From: Trypethelium eluteriae
Lineage: Eukaryota
NCBI GenBank assembly: GCA_051942245.1
Contig: JAVECL010000007.1
Coordinates: 112,880 to 132,879, forward strand
DNA: 20,000 bases
Direction: 5' to 3'
The notes beneath the pieces were generated by a model. It did not search any database. It was not told the DNA's origin and saw only the letters and a program-made list of their open reading frames with translations. Below, piece after piece: positions 10,895 through 20,000 of this stretch. The first letter of the stretch is position 1. Every line of letters starts with the position of its first letter. Made by a program: the position numbers and the translations under genes.

Positions 10895-12408
10895 ATTCTT
10901 CGCTGGTGGGAATGAATGAACGAACAAGACTCAATGGAGTAGAAGGCACAGCGACAAGGAGATCAAGGTGCGAAGCTCCTGAAGTCTCTGTACGGAGTAT
11001 ATGAATTGGCAGAACGTGACCTTGGCTGCAACGCGCCAACGACACCCTATGCCCGTAAGATACGGCTATCTGACTTGGCCCAGGCGCAGCTTTTTCACTG
11101 CACGGGTGGAGAGAAGAGGCGAGCCGCTTCAGAAGAGGAAGAGATAGGTATCTTGAGACAGAACCTATTTGAGCGTGAACACTGGGTACGGAACAAAAGA
11201 GCTCGACCAACCTATTCACAGTACTACCCAGTTACCTACCTTAGCACGAAGACTAACCTCTCCCCCTCCCTCACACGGGACCACCGAGGATCAGGGTCTA
11301 CTCCTTCTCCACATGCAAGAGCTCAGAGCGGGTAGCACACGACACGAGTGGTGGTAGGGGACCTGACTCTCTCCGAGGTCTGATTGGCAAGTCACTCTGA
11401 CCGACCAGGATCTGCTTATCGTAGTGGCACTAAAAGGAGGATTGTTTGCCAGGCCTTGCCCGTCGGTTCGTACTCCGTACGCACGTCTAGAGCCCGGCAC
11501 GGCAGGACACGGCGTCGCTTATGCTAATCCTCTTCACTGCATAATTGACTAGCCGAGATTGTGCAATGTAACCCTTTGATCGTCCGCGAGATAAGTTCCA
11601 TTTCAACGGCCTGGTCGGCGCCATCGGATTGGATGAGCTGGACACGACTCAAAGTCGCCCGTCTGCCTGAAGTATTCACTGTACGGAGTACTCGTGCTCT
11701 TACTTTTTCGAACCGTTGCGGACCCTACTTCGTAGGTGGGCCGCCACGTTGGCTGAGAGGTCATGTGTAGCATTTCGGGAATGCCTATCTGCAAATTAGA
11801 GATCCCGGATAGGTACGGAGTCTCTAGTCATCGAATCTTGATGGATCTTGCAGATACAACCCAATACCACTTCCTGCTGATAGGCACGGTAGCAGTCGAT
11901 GGTTGACATGCCTCCGCACATAGACCTTTTCGGTATGCGCCCCATCTGGAGACAACCGTTCAAGAAATGCAGCGTCGATATGCCTGTCCAGTGCTTGGTA
12001 CTAATGGGTACAAGGCGAATGTCAACATCGTAGTACACCTATGGTTCATGCCGCTGCAACGTGCTCCGGCGTAGCTAGGTGACACCGCGACTGAGCATGT
12101 TCCAATAAGCATCCATGCGATGAGCACATGAACAAGCTTACCATCTAAGAGTACCTAAAGGAGCAAGTAGGCTGATTGGTGCAGAGTGACGTACAGGTGA
12201 AAGCGGGTAGCTTCATGGTGAATCCGGAGCAACCAACCCAACGGTTGCAACTGAGTTTTCAAATGTCCAGATCCGTTGCATCACTAAATTGAATTTCTTC
12301 TCGAGCTCTTACCACTTGACCTTTTCTTTCCTCCAATATTCGCCTCGATCACTCTCAAAATTCCACTTTGACCCTAAGCAGAAAAATTATAGCCGCAGAG
12401 CTTGCAGA
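10895..12408. promoter_or_regulatory. Shared divergent promoter/UTR region for the transporter and the deaminase
   Basis: 1.5 kb between divergent start codons with no convincing ORF; four YGCAACG sites; pyrimidine-rich tract at about 12290-12370 before the deaminase ATG. Confidence 0.6.
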
Positions 12409-13496
12409 ATGTAAGGAAGGACCATCTCGCATGCGCTTGCAGCTGATACTTACGCCGTGTAAGGAGACTCATCATCCGCGACGATCCTCAAACTGCCTCG
12501 AGGTACATCTCAGACTACATCGTCGGTAAGGGGGAAACGATCAGATGCGTTAGAACACAGCTAATCTTACCAGACCGCATCAATAAGTTCAACCCAACCC
12601 CAGAGAAACCTTTCGTCCTTGGTCTTCCAACAGGGAGTAGCCCTGTCTTAATCTACCGGAACCTAGTCGATCATTTCAAGAATGGCGATATCTCGTTCCG
12701 AAATGTCATCACTTTCAACATGGATGAGTACGTGGGCATACCGCGGGAGCATCCAGAGAGCTACCATTCGTTCATGTACAAGAACTTCTTTGCCCACGTT
12801 GATGTCGACCCTGCGAACATCAACATCTTGAATGGCAACGCTGAGGATTTGGAGGCGGAATGTCTCGAATATGAAGAGAAGATCAAGAAAGCCGGAGGAA
12901 TTGAGCTGTTCTTGGGCGGGATTGGTCCGGATGGTCATATTGCTTTCAATGAACCCGGTTCCAGCTTGAGCTCCCGGACCCGTGTCAAGACACTTGCCTA
13001 TGACACCATCCTTGCAAACTCCAGATTCTTTGGAAATGACCTTTCCCAAGTGCCAAAGATGGCGCTTACCGTCGGTGTTGGTACCGTTCTAGATGCAAGG
13101 GAAGTCGTTGTCATTATCACTGGAGCCCACAAGGCGCTTGCCCTGCAGAGGTGTATTGAGGGCGGAGTCAATCATATGTGGACACTGTCAAGCCTCCAGC
13201 TGCACGCTCACCCGCTCATCGTAGTCGACGACGATGCTACTCTGGAGTTACAAGTCAAGACCGTCAAGTACTTCAAGAGCATCGAGCAAGTTTCTCTTAG
13301 TCAGGGCTTTGGACAGACACTGCCAACGGCGGCCTCGGTTCTCGCTCGGAGACAGACAATAGTTGAGAAGCTTTATAGCCCAACAAGCCCGACGCATTCC
13401 AAGCACGATAGCTTAGATTTGCTCGCAGAGCCACCCAAGCTTGACCGACCTATTACTCCAGAGCCTGTGCTGGATCGCATGGCGGACCGACTTTAG
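12409..13496 (+). CDS. nag1: Glucosamine-6-phosphate deaminase/isomerase (Nag1/Dam1, NagB family), about 328 aa. Exons 12409-12410, 12464-12525, 12574-13496
   Basis: Spliced N-terminus MRLIIRDD...[27 protein letters not shown]; motifs [37 protein letters not shown]. Introns 12411-12463 (GTAAGG...AAG) and 12526-12573 (GTAAGG...GCTAAT...CAG) give a 987-nt ORF. Confidence 0.96.
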
Positions 13497-14000
13497 CTGA
13501 TGAACAGGAATGACACAGATAGACACATCCTGGGAGAATTTTTCTAAAGTTTCTCAAACGACCTGACTGAAAGTTCTGCGCATTCGCCAGAGGCGTGTCA
13601 GATTGTATTGATCAAGTTCACGTAGCTCTCAACTTTGCTAAGTTGCCTAAGCACGGAGTTTCGGTGAAGGGCACTGAGGGGTTCTTAGAAAGGCAGGGTC
13701 CACCTAGCAAAATGCCGATATTATATGAATCTTTACCAATGAGATTTTAGAGTTTTTTTTATTTCATCCGCTTTCTGGTTGATATGTAAGCTGTGATTTA
13801 ATTACCCTTCGAAACGTTAGATTGTGATTTTCGAAACCAGGGCCAGGCTCCCAGGCACCACTACGTCACCTTACAAGGCCTGTCTTGGCCCAATCTGTTA
13901 ATAGCTCCTATCCCAATTTTCTTTCGATGTTTCAAACTGAGAATCTACCTCTCATCTGAAATCCAAAATTTTCTGAGCTCTAAGCAGAGACAGGCGCACC

Positions 14001-15224
14001 ATGAGCTCGGAGGAGCCAAAATCAGCCGAAACCTCTGAAGACCCTGCTCCCACCGCCAACATCTCCAACTCTCAATCCGCTGACGCCAAATCTCCTAACG
14101 AGCCTACCGAGCCTACCACTGGTCGTCCCCGTCGTAGTACCCAAATTGGTGAACCACCCGCTCTTGAAGCTCCACCATTTACCCCAGCCACCGGCCCTGT
14201 CTGGCCCGAAATTGACGACCAGCACCCGCTCTTCCAGCTTGAGGGCTCTATCAAGGACGTCCTGCGCGAGGCCGACTATGATGAAGTCTATGGAATCAGA
14301 CTTGACCATTCTGGGGCGTTCCACAACAAGTTGATCCTACAGAAGTTTCTCCGCGCAAATGCAAATGATGTTAGCAAGGCGAGGGCGCAGCTACTGGAGA
14401 CGCTGAAGTGGCGGAAAGAGTTTCAGCCGCTGAAATGCGTTGAGGAGGTATTTTCAAGAGAGAGGTTTGTAGGATTGGGCTACGTGACACTGGTAGATGG
14501 AGTACCGGACAGTTCCAACAAGACGGATGTGGTCACATTTAACATCTACGGCGCTGTCAAGGACCCAAAATTCACATTCGAAGATCTTGAGGGGTTCTTA
14601 AGGTGGCGGGTCGGGTTGATGGAACTGGGAATCCAGAAGATGAATCTGAAGAAAGCCTCCACGGCAATTCCGGATTTTGGGAAAGGGCCCGATCCGTATC
14701 AGGGAATTCAAGTTCAGTAAGTCATGTCTTTTCTCAAAGTAACGCGTTACCTCTTCTCATCTAATCTTGGAAAAAGTGACTACCTTAATGTCAAATTCCT
14801 CTCAATGGACGCACATGCGAAAGCCGCTAGCCAAAAAGCAGTCGAAACTTTCAAGCAGTATTATCCGGAGACACTAAGCCGCAAGTTCTTTGTGAATGTG
14901 CCCAGGGTGATGGGATGGATGTTTGGCGCAATTAGACTGGTGTTGAGTAAGGAGACAATTCAGAAATTCACGGTGCTGACGTATGGAAAAGATCTGGCTG
15001 GAGAGCTGGGTAATGGCGTCCCGGAGGAATACGGTGGCAAAGCAGGAAGTCTGGATAGTATGGGCGAGACATTGAGGGTCGAAGGAGAATCAAGAGCAGT
15101 TGGGACAGCGGCGGCAGGGGATTCGAAAGTGGAGGGTGAGAAGGTGCAGGACAAGGTAGAGGACAAGAAGTCAGAAGACAAGGACGCAAACCACAACGTT
15201 AATGAAAAACTGGCGGACAGTTAG
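14001..15224 (+). CDS. sfh5: Sec14/CRAL-TRIO protein Sfh5, about 387 aa. Exons 14001-14716 and 14777-15224
   Basis: YDEVYG, ILQKFLRAN, LKWRKEF, VTFNIYG, FLRWRVGLME, YYPETLSRKFFVNVP, PEEYGG. Intron 14717-14776 (GTAAGT...CTAAT...AAG) restores QVHDYLNV. Confidence 0.92.
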
Positions 15225-16425
15225 AAGTATTACTATCTCAGAGATAGTGTCTTGAATATTCCATGCTTCATTCGAAACGCTAAATCTGTATCTCATCATG
15301 CCACCATGAGCTACTGTGCACGAACCATTGCGGATTTAAAATCCGTATCACGTGAACCTGATCGTGTGGAACTGCGTATGGCGATATGCGATACAGAACG
15401 TCAGAAGCGTGGGAACTTCATTTCTCCTGGGATTCTCCTTTCTAGGATCTCAAGAAGAATGAGAAGATAATAAGGACGATTTGATGATCACCATTGAAGG
15501 TGCTCACCAGATCAGTTCAATTCAAAGAGAAAGGTACTCTAAGGTAATCCGAGTTTAGGGGAAGAAAATTCCACGAGGGCACCAATAGGCAAATTATTGG
15601 TTCCTGCTAGTTTTCCACGTGTCCGTTTGACCATGGGGTTAGTACTTGTGTAGAGTCACGTTGCTGGTGTTGCTACTTCGCCACATTTTGACTACATACC
15701 TTATGTTAAGTAGGACTACGATAGTTCGTTGTGGATACAAATGCTACAACGCTGCCAAACGGACACGGTCACAGCGATACGCATCATTCAGCCAAGGCCC
15801 AGCTCACGGTCAACGATGATAATCACCCACCAGCTCGGGATCCGTCATACAACCCAAAGAAAGCGGTGTGACCGAAAGAGGGAGGTCCTTCATGTCAATG
15901 GACAGATGTAAGCTGAGTTTTCAAGGGCTTGGGTCGACTTCCCGTAGCGGCGGCATGGCACGTGGAAGCCTGCATGCCGGGATCGATGGTGGCGCTGAAT
16001 CTTAATCGGGCCTCGATATTCACCATATTGTTGCTTGTATGAATCGCAACTTGGGTATGGTGGGCATCGTGGAGTTGGCCTGAAGATGCTGTCGAAGTGC
16101 CCAGAAGCCGGTTGGAAAAGATTGATGTCTCTCGTCGCAGCGCCTGTGCGATTGCTCGGTGTCAAATTGAAACCCTCCCAAACCTGATTTTCTGTGAATT
16201 ACGCGTCTTATCATCTCGCAATCGTTGCGTCTGGGTCAGGGCAAGGTAAGCAGGTCGCCTAAGCGGGGAAAGTGTCAAAGCGAGATGTCGTAGGCCATTG
16301 CAACCGCAACGTTACAACGTCCACTTTTTGGCTCGTTCCGCGGTTTGACGCCGTGCCTCACTCGTGGACGAGATCGCTCCCCGTCGCGAATCCCATTTGC
16401 CTCTTTCTGCTACCATACGATCCTC

Positions 16426-17028
16426 ATGCTGCACTGTCGCCGCTCGTCAGGAGGCCTTCCTAGCTCCCACTCCCGTACCCTTGCGTGATTGCCGTCACCT
16501 TTCTACCACGCACCCACGTACCCCAATGGCCCTGGAAGCAACCCTCGATCTTCGCTGGTCTCAACCTCCCGCCCCCACCAATCCCTCCTGATGGATCCGC
16601 TCGTCCTGACTCTGCTGAAACCGTCAAGATCACTGACTAAGATGCCTGCCGGATCCGCCTTGCGTAGCGAATGACACCTTCCCTGCAAATGGCCGTGTGT
16701 CTTTGAGAAATGTATTCCTCCTCAATTATTCGCTAACAGGCGAGCATTTTCGTATCACAGCAATGCAAACCCACCCTACGCAACTTTGGCAGCCATTCAT
16801 CCGCCAGTGAAAGCTCCTTTTTCAACCTCCAAAAGGGTCAGTCTCGGACGTTAGACAGTCTTTACTGCTCTTACTATTAATGCCCCCGCCTTGCTTCTGG
16901 TCTTGATGCTCCTGGACAATCTTCATTCCCATAAGTCACTTTGCGGGGCTGTTGCTCCCTTTCACTCGCTTTTTTCTTTCCTAGTGAATGGCATTCGGGT
17001 TCGGTGCTTTCTTCGTTCCTATGATTGA
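16426..17028 (+). promoter_or_regulatory. Putative long 5' leader of the hexokinase gene with multiple upstream ORFs
   Basis: Pyrimidine-rich region with ATG-initiated short ORFs at 16426, 16526, 16591, 16671, 16710, 16763, 16880 and 16906. Transcription start is unknown. Confidence 0.4.
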
Positions 17029-18742
17029 CATTTGGCAGCGCCTCAGAAGAGCGCTCAAAGTAGTCATCATGCTCCCTTCACTTGTCCAAGCTGTGCTTCC
17101 CTCGCTCTCGCCCACAAACCATATCCACGGAGTAGTTACCATGATCTATGATCGAACTCTGGACGATTTTCTTCGAGAAGTCAGGAAACTCTTTGAAGCT
17201 CCCCTGAACCCGACAAATCTATTAGCTATCTCTGGGAAACTCCAAGAGCAATTTCACGAAAGGCTCGAAGCATCAAATATTTGCATGCTGCCATCATATA
17301 ATCACACGCTTCCCACAGGTCATGAAAGAGGAACTTACCTGGCTTTGGATGTCGGTGGTTCAACGTTTCGAGTGGCACTTGTCAAGCTTGGTGGGGTCGG
17401 CGAAAAGAGCATGGAAATCAAAACTATGCAATGCCATAAGATTGGCAATTCAGTCAGATTACTGGAAGGTCATGCTTTCTTTGACTGGATGGCGGCACGG
17501 ATCCAAGAAACATTAGACGGGTACGACAAAAGCGTGGCACATGGGTCTGAGTCTTTACCAATGGGTCTCTCATGGTCTTTTCCGATTGAGTATGTTACGT
17601 CAATCTGTCCACAGAAAATTATACTGACAGGTTCAGACAAACCTCAATTCGAAGCGGCACTCTTCTGCAAATGGGTAAAGGTTTCTGTGCAACTCACGGT
17701 GTTCAGGGCAGCGATCTTGCAGATCTTATCATGCAAGCCTGTACCAAAATGGTAGGACTGATAGGCCAACTCCGAGCCATATAGTTGTGTTAATATCATT
17801 CAGAACCTCAATGTTCGAATGGAGGCGATAGTTAACGACTCTACTGCTACACTGCTCTCTCGAGCATATCAGGACAACACGACACGGATGGCATTAATCC
17901 TCGGAACCGGAACGAACGCTGCCATTCATCTTCCTACCACGGCTCTTGCGCGTGCGAAGTTTGGCGAACGGCCACAAAGCTGGCATGATAAGGCCGACCA
18001 CGTGCTTGTGAATACCGAATTCAGCGTGTTTGGCAAGAACATTTTACCAACTACGAGATGGGACGACTACCTTAACATCACTCACATGCACCCGGACTTT
18101 CAACCTTTCGAGCATCTAATTAGTGGTCGATATCTTGGCGAAATTGTCCGCTTAATCATGCTTGAGGCTACACAGTCCGCAGGTCTCTTTGACGGTCACA
18201 TGCCAGAGAGCCTTCTACAGCCGTACAATCTCGACACTGGCATACTTGCCGCATTTGAATCGTAAGTCGATCTCAGCCCCTGACGTTCGATGTCATGCGA
18301 ATTGAATAACCTCTAACTTTGATACATTAGGGATGACACTCCAGACCTATCGAAGGCATCACTAATATTTCAGAAGGCTCATCCACTATCAACAACTCCG
18401 AGCTATGCCGATCTCCTCTTTGTGCGCCAGGTCTCTTACCTTGTCTCTCATCGAGCTGCTACCTACCTAGCAACGGGCATTCATGCCCTCTGCTCGTTAC
18501 GAACACACTCAGAAGGTCTCCAAGCTGCAACTGCCGGCCATATCAACATTGGCTGCAATGGCAGTGTTATCGAGAAGTATCCAAATTTCCGAGTAACCAC
18601 TCAAGCCGTACTAGATCAATTAATCGAGAGGGATGGCGGGCCGAAGCGTGGCAAAGATGGCGGAGTCAGCTTGGAGATTGCCAACGAAAGTGCCATCTTC
18701 GGGGCTGCCGTCGCTGTATGCTGCGTTGATCATCACTGTTGA
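16988..18742 (+). CDS. Atypical hexokinase, probable N-acetylglucosamine kinase (Hxk3/HxkD type), about 528 aa. Exons 16988-17589, 17637-17751, 17804-18261, 18331-18742
   Basis: CMLPSY, YLALDVGGSTFRV, MGLSWSFPIEQ, MGKGF, IVNDS, LILGTGTNAA, VNTEF, FEHLISGRYLGEIVRL, CNGSVIEKYP, ESAIFGAAVA. Introns 17590-17636, 17752-17803 and 18262-18330 give a 1587-nt ORF. An alternative start lies at 17021. GlcNAc specificity is inferred from the divergent motifs and gene context. Confidence 0.9.
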
Positions 18743-19405
18743 AGGGGTCAGGAGGCCTTGCGGCGAGCCGCAGCTGAGATTCAGCACCACAGAAGCAGTT
18801 TAGAGGTCTCCGGAGAAGTCCGCAGACGAGCGAGCACATCGGAAAAGGGTGATTATGAAGCATGGCGGAGGCGTGATCTGGTATTGGCCTGGGCATCGAC
18901 CGGATTCGAGGCTGCTAATTGTCGAGATGAATGTACAGATTTTCTTTTTGGAATGACCAAGGATACGTCTACGGAATTACGACATCCGTGTAAGTAATGG
19001 CGGCGCGCATGGCGCATCACTCTATCATTAGAACCTAGTACATAATAATCACCAACAAATGCACATAATCTAACCAATCAACCTCCGAAGCCAACCACGA
19101 AGAGAAGTAATGCCGGGGCACATGCAAGACAGGCGAGAATCGATAGATACTGAAACGAACCAGAGAAGGGTATACGTCCGCCAACTATTGTGTCAACGAA
19201 AGGTGTGAATAGCCTTAGTTGCGTGACATTGCACTAGAGCGTTGCAGTAGACACACTCTCGGGACGAATCATCCACCTACCTTCACCTAACAAGCCCGGG
19301 TACAGACACCTAATGCATGCCATGCTGATACTCCAGGTCAGATGCGAAACTGCGACGCTTGCAACAGCGTCACCCATGCATATTCAGCTTCTGTTTGGAT
19401 AGAAA

Positions 19406-20000
19406 TCACGTTACCTTCATGCCCTGTCCACCAGCCAACCATCCATAGATCTCTGCCCACACAACGTCACTATTTTTATCGCACATTGGGAAATGAGAGT
19501 TTCCCCTGATGCCTTTCTCAGGGAGTAGCAAATTCTCCGCCGTACCATCCCTCATGTAGCCTTTCACCACGAGATCCCAGATCTTATGCCCCTTCAAGTA
19601 GTCTCCCCAAACAATCAATCCCTTCATAGTCTCAGGCTGCTTACCCCAGAGGGGTTGATCCGGCGGTGGACCTGGTGGCTCAATGAGAACTGCTTTCTCA
19701 ACCAGGTCCCGCATACGGACTCCCTCTCCAGGTATGCGTGTAACTGTTCCCGACAGAGTTGATCCCCTCAACTCCGATTCCGTCTCCACCTGCTCCTCGT
19801 CCATGCGCATCGCCAGCAGTGCTAGTGCCGCTCCATGACTATGCGCCACGATCCAGCACCTCCCAATCATTCCAATTGCGTCTCGTATTCCCCTCGCCTC
19901 CACCGCATCCGTATTCCTTCTGCGTGCACTCTGGCCCCGAACCAAATTCTCGAACCATACTTCCCTCTTCTCCCTGCCTGCCTCTCCCCCAGCATTGCTC
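19406..20000 (-). CDS. Alpha/beta hydrolase (putative esterase), 3' part; begins beyond the right edge
   Basis: Frame is open from the window end to TGA at 19406. Nucleophile elbow VAHSHGA, then VLIEP, LIVWGDY and LPEKGIRGNSHFPMCDKNS with the likely catalytic His. Confidence 0.8.
   Translation of the reverse strand, partial: SNAGGEAGREKREVWFENLVRGQSARRRNTDAVEARGIRDAIGMIGRCWIVAHSHGAALALLAMRMDEEQVETESELRGSTLSGTVTRIPGEGVRMRDLVEKAVLIEPPGPPPDQPLWGKQPETMKGLIVWGDYLKGHKIWDLVVKGYMRDGTAENLLLPEKGIRGNSHFPMCDKNSDVVWAEIYGWLAGGQGMKVT

Noticed and set aside
11006..12038. Short ORFs in the ngt1-nag1 intergenic region as a hidden dac1 or regulator
   Set aside because: No amidohydrolase, GH3 or Ndt80 motifs; mostly non-ATG starts; no coherent exon chain.
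10895..12408. Canonical Ndt80 MSE sites (CRCAAA) and CreA sites (SYGGRG)
   Set aside because: I found no CRCAAA match by eye; the few SYGGRG hits (about 11106 and 12223) are at chance level.
12663..13049. 128-aa antisense ORF within nag1, and similar shadow ORFs over the other genes
   Set aside because: Explained by codon structure of the real gene on the opposite strand or frame.
15252..16214. ORFs between sfh5 and the hexokinase as remnants of a lost cluster gene
   Set aside because: Short, atypical composition, and no recognisable similarity to dac1, nag3 or ron1.
16837..16984. Intron GTCAGT...CTAG as a way to extend the hexokinase N-terminus
   Set aside because: An in-frame TGA sits immediately before ATG 16988, so no coding extension is possible; it could only be a 5' UTR intron and the branch point is weak.
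18758..19077. Short ORFs between the convergent hexokinase and hydrolase genes
   Set aside because: Non-ATG starts and no motifs; consistent with 3' UTR and terminator sequence.
1..20000. Transposons, RIP-degraded repeats, tRNA/rRNA, CRISPR arrays or prokaryotic defence systems
   Set aside because: No transposase or RT motifs, terminal repeats, long AT-rich tracts, cloverleaf or repeat-spacer structure seen; spliceosomal introns show the DNA is eukaryotic.

Overview
Gene-dense, intron-containing DNA from a filamentous ascomycete (Pezizomycotina): short GT-AG introns of about 47-130 nt with CTRAY-type branch points. No rRNA, tRNA, CRISPR array or recognisable transposon. Nine protein-coding genes are supported, in order: a partial mitochondrial ABC1/UbiB kinase (Cqd1/ADCK2-like, -), an EF-hand MscS-like channel (-), a kelch-repeat protein (-) head-to-head with a CDK11-type kinase (+), a UNC-93/Ngt1-like MFS transporter (-) head-to-head with glucosamine-6-phosphate deaminase (+), a Sec14-family Sfh5 (+), an atypical hexokinase of the GlcNAc-kinase/HxkD type (+) and a partial alpha/beta hydrolase (-). 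The transporter, deaminase and hexokinase look like a partial N-acetylglucosamine catabolic cluster interrupted by sfh5. The most interesting non-coding signals are a recurring YGCAACG motif upstream of the three GlcNAc genes, a chain of stop/start-overlapping upstream ORFs before the hexokinase, a deaminase start codon created only by splicing (AT|G), and a roughly 10-bp-phased CGCC array upstream of the MscS gene. All gene models were built by hand; no database searches were run.
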